Origin: Bradymonadia bacterium
Lineage (GTDB): Bacteria; Myxococcota_A; Bradymonadia; UBA7976; UBA1532
DNA length: 64,000 bases
NCBI GenBank assembly: GCA_046290225.1
Contig: JBKAGE010000078.1
Coordinates: forward strand, 192,001-256,000
Direction of reading: 5' to 3'
Numbering within the stretch: the stretch's first letter is position 1; every line of letters starts with the position of its first letter. Below the pieces are notes generated by a model that ran no database searches, was not told where the DNA came from, and saw only the letters and a program-made list of their open reading frames with translations. A program made the translations under genes and the position numbers. Positions 1 to 9,300 of this stretch are shown here, one piece after another.

Positions 1-2238
1 GTCTTTCTCTCGCGGGAGGCCCACGAGCGGGCCTACGAGCTCTTCGCCCGCAACCTCGACGATGCCCGAGCCATCGGCGACGCCACGCAGGAGCTCAAAG
101 CGCTGCTCAACCTCGGCGTGGTCCATCTGCAACGGGGTGACACAGAAGGCGCCACCGAGGCCTTCGAGCATGCCCAACGTCGGGCAGAAGCCCACGGCGA
201 CCTGCTCCATCTCGCCATCGCCTTGTTCAACCTCGGCGTGCTCTATCACCGCCACCAACGGTTCTCTCAAGCGCTCGAGGGCTACCACCGCGCAGCCTCG
301 GCCTTCCGAAAGCTCGGAGAGCACACCAAGGTGGTGAGCGCCATCCTCAACCTCGCAGATCTCTACGTCACCGTGGGTGATCTCGATCGAGCCCAGCGCC
401 TCGTGGCCATCGCCCGGACCAACATCACCATGGGTCGCGGCCCTGCGAGCACAGCCCAGGTGATGCTCCTCGAGGGCGACATCGCCCGAGCTCAGGGGCA
501 GCTCGACCTCGCCGCAGCGCGATATGAGGAGGTCTGCCAGGAGGTGGAGCGCGGAGGTCACCATCTCCGGCTCGGGCAGGTCTTGTGGGCTCAGGCCGAG
601 CTGATGCTCGAGAAAGGCGATCTCACTGCAGCAGGCCACCTTCTCGACCGCGCCGAGGAGCTGCCAGAGACCACGCGCACCAGCAGCCTCAGCGCACGCT
701 GGCGCATGACTCGGGGCACGGTCTTCGAAGCCATGGGCGAGCCCCAAAAGGCCCTCGATGTGCTCAAGATGGCGTGTGAAGCCCTCGAGGCCCTCGATGA
801 CCGCGACGTGCACGGTCAGGCCCTCTGGCGCCTCGCCCGTGCGCGCTGGGCGGTCTCTGATCGCCCCGGCACCCTCGAAGCTCTGGCCCGGGCGTCGGAG
901 GCCATGCAGGCCGTGGCCAGCGAGCTGCCTGATCATCTCAAGGGCCGATACCTCAGCAGCGGCGCCCGCAAAGAGATCCGTGAGGCGCTGACGCGTGTGC
1001 GCGCAGGCCGAGCGCCCAAGGCGCCGCTGAAAGCTCAGCCCAGAACTGAGCAGATGCCCCGACAGTCCCTCGCCTTCAACCCCGCCTGGGAAGGTCGATA
1101 CCCCCACATCATCGGCCGCGCCGACGCGCTCTACTCTGTGTTCAACACCCTCGACAAAGTCTCGGGCTCGAGCAACATGGTCCTCCTCCGAGGCGAGTCG
1201 GGCACAGGCAAAGAGCTCGTGGCGGCGGCGCTCCACCGAAACAGCCCGAGACACGGCCACCCCTTCATCAAGGTGAATTGCGCAGCCTTTGTGGAGACCC
1301 TGCTGCTCAGCGAGCTGTTCGGCCACGAGAAAGGGGCGTTTACGGGTGCTGTGACCCGAAAGAAAGGCCGCTTCGAGCTCGCCGACAAGGGCACGCTGTT
1401 CCTCGACGAGATCGGCGACATCAGCCCCAACACGCAGGTGGCCTTGCTTCGCGTGTTGCAGGAAGGCGTCTTCGAGCGCGTGGGCGGCTCCGAGTCCATT
1501 CAGGTGGACGTCCGGGTGATCTGCGCCACCCACCGCAACCTCGAGGCCATGGTGCGTGACGGTGAGTTCCGCGCCGATCTCTACTATCGACTCCGCGGCG
1601 TGATCATCGAGCTACCCGCCCTCCGAGATCGCCAGGGCGACATCCCCCTGCTCGTGGAGCACTTCCTCAATCGCAGAGTTCGAGCCGGCCAGCGCCCCCT
1701 CCGGTTCAGCAGAGAGGGGTTGGCGAGCCTGATGGAGCACGACTGGCCAGGAAACATCCGCGAGTTGGAGAACGTGGTGCGCAGCGTGGCGCTCTTTGCC
1801 GACGGTGACACCATCGGCCTCGGCGAGCTGGGCGAGCTGACAGACATTTTTAAGCCGCCCTCAGAAGAGTCCCTTCTGCACCTCGACGAGCTCACTCACG
1901 CGCGGCAGACGCCCCCCCCGCCGATCCCCGTTTCAGCCGCAGTGGAGGCCCCTTCACCCACCCCTCCGGAGGGCCCCACGGGCGAGGCAGAGGCCCCTTC
2001 ATCCCCCTCCGCCCGCCTCGTAGAGGACTGGTTGAGTCAGCTGCTGGAGGAAGAAGGAAGTTTGTCCGATGTAAAAAAGCGCATAGAATTCGAGGCCATC
2101 GCCCGAGCTCTACGTTCGACCCACGGGAATATCACCCGGGCGGCGGAGAAATTGGGGATGAAAAGGCCGCGACTTTCGCAGATAATCCATGGGAATCAGG
2201 CCCTCGGCCAACTCAAACGAGAGGTGAGCCAGTCATGA
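1..2238 (+). CDS. Sigma54-dependent enhancer-binding protein with N-terminal TPR-like repeats, AAA+ domain and C-terminal Fis-type HTH (5'-partial)
   Basis: Frame open from base 1 (VFLSREAHERAYELF...). TPR-like helices (ALFNLGVLY, AILNLADLY), Walker A GESGTGKE, GAFTGA loop, Walker B LFLDEIGD, WPGNIRELEN, HTH GNITRAAEKLGM. Confidence 0.93.
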   Translation, partial: VFLSREAHERAYELFARNLDDARAIGDATQELKALLNLGVVHLQRGDTEGATEAFEHAQRRAEAHGDLLHLAIALFNLGVLYHRHQRFSQALEGYHRAASAFRKLGEHTKVVSAILNLADLYVTVGDLDRAQRLVAIARTNITMGRGPASTAQVMLLEGDIARAQGQLDLAAARYEEVCQEVERGGHHLRLGQVLWAQAELMLEKGDLTAAGHLLDRAEELPETTRTSSLSARWRMTRGTVFEAMGEPQKALDVLKMACEALEALDDRDVHGQALWRLARARWAVSDRPGTLEALARASEAMQAVASELPDHLKGRYLSSGARKEIREALTRVRAGRAPKAPLKAQPRTEQMPRQSLAFNPAWEGRYPHIIGRADALYSVFNTLDKVSGSSNMVLLRGESGTGKELVAAALHRNSPRHGHPFIKVNCAAFVETLLLSELFGHEKGAFTGAVTRKKGRFELADKGTLFLDEIGDISPNTQVALLRVLQEGVFERVGGSESIQVDVRVICATHRNLEAMVRDGEFRADLYYRLRGVIIELPALRDRQGDIPLLVEHFLNRRVRAGQRPLRFSREGLASLMEHDWPGNIRELENVVRSVALFADGDTIGLGELGELTDIFKPPSEESLLHLDELTHARQTPPPPIPVSAAVEAPSPTPPEGPTGEAEAPSSPSARLVEDWLSQLLEEEGSLSDVKKRIEFEAIARALRSTHGNITRAAEKLGMKRPRLSQIIHGNQALGQLKREVSQS

Positions 2239-3221
2239 AGATGCGACGCCCCATTCAGCGACACCGCTTCTTCTCCCGCACCCACGTCGGTGTGCTGGCT
2301 GGTGCCCTCATGGCGCTGACGGCCTGTGGCGAGGGTCTGCACGACGATGCTGGCCTCTCCGGCGCCGAAGCTGCCCCGACCCATGACTCTGCCGCTGACG
2401 GTCTGCACATCACCCCTCATGTCGAGCTCCTCGGTCTCGAAGACATCTACGCCGACTTCGAGCTGACGCACCTCGACTTCACCGCCCGCCTGTTCCTGTT
2501 GCCTGCTGATGGCAGTGCCGCGGGTGTGAGCGCCGAGCTCGACGTGGCCTTCGAGAACGGCCACGTCTACACCACACTCAACACAGAGCAGCTGGTCCTG
2601 GCTCAGGGCGGCACCTACGACGTGCTCCTGGGCATCTACCCCGCTTCGAGCCGCGCCTCGGTGGTCATCGGCGGCAAGGTCGACCTGCCTGCGCAGGACG
2701 TGCCAGGCCTCGACGCCCGCGGGAAGGCTGAAGAGGGCGACGACTTCGACGAGATGCCCAACCTCGAGCCGGTGCCCATGCCCGCCCGCAACCCGGCGGA
2801 CGATCCTGGCGAGGCCTCTTCGGGGAACGACGAGCCGGTGCCCATGCCTGCCCGCAACCCCGAGTCTTCTGATCCGCACTCTGAGCCGGTGCCCATGCCC
2901 GCTCGCAACCGCGGAAAGGGCGATCTGCCAGAAGAGCACGAGTCCAGCCACAACGAGGTGGGCATCCCCGGTGAGTACGAGGTGTCAGGCGCGGGTGAGC
3001 CCGTCTTCGTTCAGTCCCGTCGCATCTTCGAGTTCCGCGTGGGCCGCATCGCCCTCACGGATGACACCCGCGAGCTGTGGGTGACCTGGGATGTGAGCGA
3101 ATGGCTCAGCAACCTCATCGCCGATGCCTTTGGTGAGCCCACTGAAGACTCCACGTCGAACGATCCGAACGACGGCTTCTCGGATACGACCCGCAGCTTC
3201 TCCCTCTCGAGTCGCAACTAG
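2235..3221 (+). CDS. Hypothetical lipoprotein with three EPVPMPARN repeats
   Basis: ATGA overlap with the upstream activator; basic N-region, hydrophobic stretch and LTAC lipobox; beta-rich domain interrupted by an acidic repeat linker. Confidence 0.8.
   Translation: MKMRRPIQRHRFFSRTHVGVLAGALMALTACGEGLHDDAGLSGAEAAPTHDSAADGLHITPHVELLGLEDIYADFELTHLDFTARLFLLPADGSAAGVSAELDVAFENGHVYTTLNTEQLVLAQGGTYDVLLGIYPASSRASVVIGGKVDLPAQDVPGLDARGKAEEGDDFDEMPNLEPVPMPARNPADDPGEASSGNDEPVPMPARNPESSDPHSEPVPMPARNRGKGDLPEEHESSHNEVGIPGEYEVSGAGEPVFVQSRRIFEFRVGRIALTDDTRELWVTWDVSEWLSNLIADAFGEPTEDSTSNDPNDGFSDTTRSFSLSSRN
2766..2909 (+). repeat. Three in-frame 27-nt repeats encoding EPVPMPARN (2766-2792, 2832-2858, 2883-2909)
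   Basis: GAGCCGGTGCCCATGCCyGCyCGCAAC three times; differences are synonymous only; spacers differ in length and sequence. Confidence 0.95.
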
Positions 3222-3224
3222 CTG

Positions 3225-3285
3225 GCTCCGGCGCTTCGGTGGCGCCAGCCGCTCTTTGCTCCGGCGCTTCGGCGGCGCCAGCCGC
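3225..3285. repeat. Tandem 28-bp GC-rich imperfect-palindrome repeat (REP-like), 2 copies, 33-bp period
   Basis: GCTCCGGCGCTTCGGyGGCGCCAGCCGC at 3225-3252 and 3258-3285 (1 mismatch); internal GGCGC/GCGCC stem. Confidence 0.8.
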
Positions 3286-3402
3286 CGTGACGCCGACGAT
3301 TTCACGCACAGATACGACTTTTCCGTCCTCGACGCAGCGCTGCTGCGCCTGCGGGTGAAAACCCGCATCTGCACGCAAACTCGCCGACCTCACGACGACT
3401 GT

Positions 3403-3446
3403 CGCCACCTACGCACCTCCGCGGGGCACGTACATGGCGTTTTTTT
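3403..3446 (+). terminator. Putative intrinsic terminator (imperfect stem + T7)
   Basis: CGCCA...TGGCG and TACG...CGTA pairing followed by seven T, between convergent genes. Confidence 0.45.
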
Positions 3447-3500
3447 GTTGGATTGGGTGCGGACACTTCTGATGAGGAAATTTGGCCTGCTGAGAAGGGA

Positions 3501-6113
3501 TCAGTTGGCCTTGTTGAAGGTCAGGTGGTTGCCATCGACGTCGATGTAGATGGTGTCGCCTTCGACGAAGTGACCAGAGACGAGCTGTAGGGCGAGAGGA
3601 TTCTCGAGGTGGCGCTGGATGGCTCTCTTGAGGGGACGGGCGCCGAAGCTGGGATCGTAGCCGGATTCCAGGATGAGCGCCTTCGCCTCCGGGCTCAGGC
3701 TCATCGTGAGTTTGCGGTCCGCGAGACGTCCTCGGAAACGATCCAGCTGCACATCGATGATGCGCTCCAACTCTGCTCGATCGAGGCGGTCGAAGATGAC
3801 CACATCGTCGACGCGGTTGAGAAACTCGGGGCGGAAGTGGCCCTTGAGCGCCGCATTGACTTCAGCTTGCATCTGCGCCCGCTCGTCTCTGCTGTAGCTC
3901 TGGATCGCCTCCGAGCCCAGGTTGCTGGTCATGATGATCACCGCGCTCTCGAAATGCACCACCCTGCCCTGTCCATCGGTGAGGCGACCGTCGTCCAGGA
4001 GCTGAAGCAGCACATTGAAAACATCAGGGTGAGCCTTCTCGATCTCGTCGAGCAAAATCACCGCATAGGGTCGCCGGCGCACAGCTTCTGTGAGCTGACC
4101 GCCCTCTTCGTAGCCCACATAGCCCGGGGGGGCGCCGATGAGCCGCGCCACGGCGTGACGCTCCATGTACTCCGACATGTCGATGCGCACGATGGCCTTC
4201 TCGTCATTGAACAGCGTCTCGGCGAGGCTGCGAGCCAGCTCCGTCTTCCCCACCCCGGTGGGCCCCAGAAACAAGAAGCTGCCGATGGGCCGGTTGGGAT
4301 CAGACAGACCTGCCCGTGAGCGGCGGACAGCGTTGGCCACCGCTTCGACGGCATCGTGCTGGCCGATGACCCGCCTGTGCAGGTGATCTTCGAGGTGGGC
4401 GAGCTTCTCCTGCTCGCCTTGCAACATGCGGTCTACGGGGATACCCGTCCAACGACTGACCACCGTTGCGATGTCGTCGGGGCTGACCTCCTGAATCAAG
4501 AAGCTGCCCTTCTCCTGGATGGCGTTCACATCTGCCTCGGCCTGATCGATCTGCTGTCGCAGGCTCTGCACCTGACCGGCGATCTCGGTGACCTCCTGAT
4601 ACATGCGCTCCCGCTCGGTGTAGCTCTGCACCAGAGGTAGACGCTGCCGCAGTCGCTCTTCCTGGCTGGCGGCTTCCTCCAGCTTCTCACGCAGCTCACT
4701 CACCCGCTCGATGGCCCGCTTCTCGGCCATCCACGTCTCCGTGAGCGCCTGTGACTGCAGCCGCAGAGCAGAGAGCTCTTCCTCCACCGAGGCGAGGCGC
4801 GCTCTGGAGGCGTCGTCGCTCTCATGGGTGAGCGAGACGCGCTCGATCTCCAAGCCTGTGATCTGCCGCTCCACGGCGTCGATGGCTTGCGGCCGGCTGT
4901 CCAGCTCCAGCCTGATGCGGCTCGCCGCCTCGTCCATCAGGTCGATGGCCTTGTCGGGCAGCTGACGATCAGTGATGTAGCGGTTCGACAAAGTGGCTGC
5001 AGCAACGAGGGCGGCATCCTGAATCCGAATGCCGTGGTGCACCTCGTACTTCTCTCGCAGGCCACGCAGAATCGAGATGGCATCGGCGACGGTGGGCTCA
5101 CCGACGTAGACCGACTGGAACCGGCGCTCAAGGGCGCCATCTTTCTCGATGTACTTCCGGTACTCATCGAGGGTGGTGGCGCCCACACACCGCAACTCGC
5201 CACGGGCCAGAGCGGGCTTGAGCATGTTCGAGGCATCCATGGCCCCCTCTGCGGCCCCAGCGCCCACCAGGGTATGCAGCTCGTCAATGAACAGAATGAT
5301 GCGGCCGTCAGCGGTGCTGACTTCTTTGATGACCGCCTTGAGTCGATCCTCGAACTCTCCTCGATATTTTGCCCCGGCGATGAGGGCGCCGAGATCGAGG
5401 CTGAGCAGCTGCTTCTCTCGCAGCCCCTCGGGTACGTCACCAGAGATGATGCGGGCGGCGATGCCCTCGACGATGGCGGTCTTGCCCACCCCGGGCTCAC
5501 CGATGAGCACGGGGTTGTTCTTGGTGCGCCGCTGGAGCACCTGCATCACCCTCCGGATCTCGTCATCTCGCCCGATGACCGGGTCGAGCTTGCCCTTGTT
5601 CGCCAGCTCGGTGAGATCACGGGTGTACTTCTTCAGGGCGTCGTACTTCCCTTCAGGATCAGCCTCGGTGATGCGAGTGTTCCCCCGCATCTCTACGAGG
5701 GCAGTGAGCAAAGCGCTCTTCTTGATCCCCCGCCGCCGCAAGGCCTCTCCGACCCCACCCTTGAGCTGGAGCATGGCGAGGAGCATGTGCTCGGTAGAGA
5801 CATACTCATCACCCATCTGGTCGGCTTCTTTGGCGGCCCCCCGGGCCACCTGTGCCAGCTCAGAGCTCTCGGAAAGCGAGTGCCGCCCCTGTACGACGGG
5901 CTTGCGGCTCAGGATACCCTCGCAGTCTCGCTTGAGGGCCTGATGCTCAACGCCGAGCTTGTCGAGCAAACTCCGGGTGATGCCCTCATCCTGGTTGATG
6001 AGAGCGACGAGCACATGCTCAGGATAAAGCTCGGGGTGCCCAGCCTTCTGGGCGCTGCCCACGGCTTTGCTGAGAGCCTCGCGAGACTTGATGGTGAAGT
6101 TGTCGTAGTTCAT
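3501..6113 (-). CDS. clpB: ATP-dependent chaperone ClpB
   Basis: Clp N-domain; NBD1 [15 protein letters not shown]; coiled-coil M-domain; NBD2 [24 protein letters not shown]. Start set at ATG 6113 with GGAGGGAG SD. Confidence 0.95.
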   Translation of the reverse strand: MNYDNFTIKSREALSKAVGSAQKAGHPELYPEHVLVALINQDEGITRSLLDKLGVEHQALKRDCEGILSRKPVVQGRHSLSESSELAQVARGAAKEADQMGDEYVSTEHMLLAMLQLKGGVGEALRRRGIKKSALLTALVEMRGNTRITEADPEGKYDALKKYTRDLTELANKGKLDPVIGRDDEIRRVMQVLQRRTKNNPVLIGEPGVGKTAIVEGIAARIISGDVPEGLREKQLLSLDLGALIAGAKYRGEFEDRLKAVIKEVSTADGRIILFIDELHTLVGAGAAEGAMDASNMLKPALARGELRCVGATTLDEYRKYIEKDGALERRFQSVYVGEPTVADAISILRGLREKYEVHHGIRIQDAALVAAATLSNRYITDRQLPDKAIDLMDEAASRIRLELDSRPQAIDAVERQITGLEIERVSLTHESDDASRARLASVEEELSALRLQSQALTETWMAEKRAIERVSELREKLEEAASQEERLRQRLPLVQSYTERERMYQEVTEIAGQVQSLRQQIDQAEADVNAIQEKGSFLIQEVSPDDIATVVSRWTGIPVDRMLQGEQEKLAHLEDHLHRRVIGQHDAVEAVANAVRRSRAGLSDPNRPIGSFLFLGPTGVGKTELARSLAETLFNDEKAIVRIDMSEYMERHAVARLIGAPPGYVGYEEGGQLTEAVRRRPYAVILLDEIEKAHPDVFNVLLQLLDDGRLTDGQGRVVHFESAVIIMTSNLGSEAIQSYSRDERAQMQAEVNAALKGHFRPEFLNRVDDVVIFDRLDRAELERIIDVQLDRFRGRLADRKLTMSLSPEAKALILESGYDPSFGARPLKRAIQRHLENPLALQLVSGHFVEGDTIYIDVDGNHLTFNKAN

Positions 6114-6284
6114 GGCTCCCTCCACGCAATCACAGATGAGTCAATCCGCACGGGTGCCCTGGATCAAAACTCGATCTCGGACACGACCTGCTGGCTTGTG
6201 AAGACTGTCAGTCACCACCTTTGGACAAAAAGGGCTGACTCACCTCGGGTTGGATCGACCGTAAACACGATCGTGAGGGCTGCA

Positions 6285-6348
6285 AGCTGGTGCGGGATAA
6301 GCTGAGGCGGGGCCAACTGGGGCGAGGCCAGCTGGCGTGAGGCGAGCT
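6285..6348. repeat. Degenerate 15-bp tandem repeat, ~4.3 copies
   Basis: AGCTGGTGCGGGATA / AGCTGAGGCGGGGCC / AACTGGGGCGAGGCC / AGCTGGCGTGAGGCG / AGCT starting at 6285, 6300, 6315, 6330, 6345. Confidence 0.6.
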
Positions 6349-6364
6349 CTGCGGCCATCAGACC

Positions 6365-9300
6365 TTAATCGGTGGTGTGGCCCACGACCTTGCGGAGGTA
6401 GCGGAGGTCGGACATCAGGTCCACCATCTCGCCCAGGCGGCGCTCAGCCTCCTGGTAATCAGAGAGGCGAGCCGCGATCTCGGCGTCGGTGAACTCGGGG
6501 ATCACCACCTCGCCATTCTCGTCCTCACTGGGCAGGGTCTCCTGCCAGGCGTCGAAGGCCGCCGTCCACTCACCGTCGACGTAGGCCTGAGCGCGGGTCA
6601 GCAGCTCGAAGCTGATGGACCCGCCCTCGTAGGTCTCGGGGGCCTTGTAGGTGAGGCCAGTGGTCGGGTGCACGAAGGTGGCCACCGGGGTGCCCTCGAC
6701 GAACTGACGATCCTCGCCAGAGCCCGCCTCGATCACCGTGATGTACTCCACGAAGTCGTTCTTGGCGTCGTAGGTCGAGGTGTTGAACACCGCGCTCATG
6801 AGCAGGCCACGCCATGCGATGGAGTAAGGTAGGCCCGACTGCAGGCGGGGCATGCCCTCGGTCTCCGGAGCGAGGCCCGTACCGAAGGTGTTGTAGTCGA
6901 TGAGGCGGGGGGGCACCACGCCGTCCTGGCTGATGGCGCTGTTGAACGAAGTCGCCTCGCGATCACCGAGCATGCTGAACACCATGTCGCGGATCAGGTT
7001 CACGATCTCGGGACGGAAGGTGCGGTAGTAGCCGATGGAGAACCGACGGCTGTCACCGAGCCAGGCCCGGAAGAACAGCGAGCTGGTGTCGAACATCGAC
7101 AGCAGGAAGTTGGCCTTGTCGTAGTAGGTACCGATGTAGTCGACGTACCCGAGGTACTGATCGCTGAACTCGATGTTCTGCTTGCGACCCACACCCTCGG
7201 CGATCTCGATGCTGTCGGCCTCACAGGCCTCGCGATCCATGAAGCCCGCAGGCATGTAGACGTTCTCGTCGGCGCTCAGGCAGTAACGCCCGGGCTCGGG
7301 AATGCCCAACACCTGGCTGATGAAGTTCAGGCCCAGCACCACCGACTGCAACATGTCCTGCTCCAGGTACAGCTCGCTGTACTGGTAGAAGTAGTAGAAG
7401 CGGAAGGGGTAGGTCAGGTAGGCCTGCAGCCGGCTCTGGCGACCGAAGAAGCCGTTGATGAAGCTGAACTCCGTCCGGCCGCGACGGTAGTTGTTGAACA
7501 TGTAGTAGTTCCAGTAGTTCTGGATGGCCGATGCCACAGCTTCAGTATGGTTGGCGCCCTCGTCCCAGGTGCGGCAGGTCAGGTTGCCGTTGTAGATGTC
7601 GGCGCAGTACTCGTAGGGCACAGTGCGGTCGATCCACCACTCGTCGGCGTTGATGCGACGGTTGCCGGTGAGCATCTCGGTGTTGCGGAGCACACCGTCG
7701 ACACGCTGCTGGAGCAGGTCGTCGAAGAGCACGTCCTTGCGGGCGTTGAAGTTCTCGCTGCCACCGAAGAGGGACGGCAGGTGCTCGAAGCCGTGGATGA
7801 GGTTCGAGATGAAGGGCGCGTAGTACACCACCTTGGGCACCACGTTCTCGTCCCAAGCCTCCACTTGGCGGAAGTAGCCGAACTTGACGGCGGCGTAGTC
7901 GTACTTGCCGAGGCCCTTGGTGTCGCTGTGGAAGCGACCGCCGTAGTCCATGATCGAGCCGTACTGGTACTCGGGCAGGCGCTCGTTCTTCCACTCAGCA
8001 GGGTCGACGTTCTGACGGATCTGCCAGTACTCGTCCTGGTAGTTCAGGCTGTCGAAGCTCGAGGCGAAGTTGTGGGTCAGACCCACAGTGTGGCCGATCT
8101 CGTGGAGCATGACGGCCTTGTAAATCTCCCGACGCAGGGTCTGGTAGATGACCTCAGGATCCTCACCACGCAGGGACAAAGCCAGGCCGATGACCGAGTC
8201 GTCCATGAACTCGGGCAGGTACATGTTGCGGTCCATGAAGAACTTGTCGCGACCCTGAAGCTGCTCACGCAGACGACCGGGCTGCAACGCGATGTCCATG
8301 GCGAGATCCTCGACGTCGATGTCTTCCATGCCGGGGCCCTTGAGCTTCTCGGCGAGGATGAGATCACTGTCGGTGAGGAGCAGCGAGCGCATGCGGGGAT
8401 CAGCCTTGGCGCGGTCAAGGCGCACCTGAGCTTCGTCGGCGATGGCGCCACCGGCCTCCATGAAGGACGCGCTGTTGTCGCCGAGGCGACCCTTGGCGAA
8501 CTCCATGGCCATGGCGGGGTTGAGCTTCTGAGTCAGCTGAGTGATGGGGTCGAAGCCCTCGTCGAGGCGCTGAGAACCCATGCGACGGCGGACCTCGTCC
8601 TGCAGGTCAGCGGTGAGGAACTGAGGCTGGCCAGCAACGTTGGGGGTGTCGTCGACCCAGTTGTTGTAGCTCTCGCCGCTGATCAGGCCGCCGACGTACT
8701 CGTCGTCGTTGATGGCCAGGACGATGTCGGCGGCGTAGCGAGCGTAGCGATCGACAGCGGCGCCGTAGACGTAGGCGTTGCCGCTGATGATCTCGCCGGT
8801 CTCGGGATCCTTGGAGCTGGGGCCGAAGCCGAGGGGGCCGCCGGCCTGATCCTCGTTGACCCAGTAGACGTAGCTGTAACGCACGTCACCGACCTGCTGC
8901 CACTCGAAGCTCTGAGCGAGACCGCGCTTGACGCTCTCGTTGCGCAGGCCGGAGCAGGTGCGGATGAACATCTTGGTGGGGCTGTCCTCCTTGAGGCCCT
9001 CGCCGTAGGTGGCCTCTTCGACCACGCTCTCCATCTCGGGGTAGAGCCCGAGGTAACGCTGAACGCCAGCGTAGGAGCAGTTGTTCTCGCGGATCTGGAA
9101 CAGGGCCCGCTGATCGTAGTCACCGGTGAGGAAGATGCCGAAGTCGCCGCTGGCCTCGTAGTCGGCGGCGAGCTGGCTCTCGATCTCCTCGCGGCTCTTG
9201 CCGGTGGCGGACATGGCGCCGGCCATGTAGGCCTCGTTCCAGTCCTGACCGATCTCCACGGTGAGGGCCTTGAGATCCTCGGGGTACTCCACGTTCAGGT

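Noticed and set aside
3469..3480. CTGATGAG-GAAA resembling a hammerhead ribozyme core
   Set aside because: No stem II between CUGAUGA and GAAA and no convincing stems I/III.
3124..3549. 141-aa ORF across the repeat spacer
   Set aside because: Overlaps both flanking genes, translates the DNA repeat (LRRFGGASR x2), and has no SD or family features.
6114..6284. CIRCE or sigma32 heat-shock element upstream of clpB
   Set aside because: No TTAGCACTC-N9-GAGTGCTAA and no correctly spaced TTGAAA/CCCCAT found.
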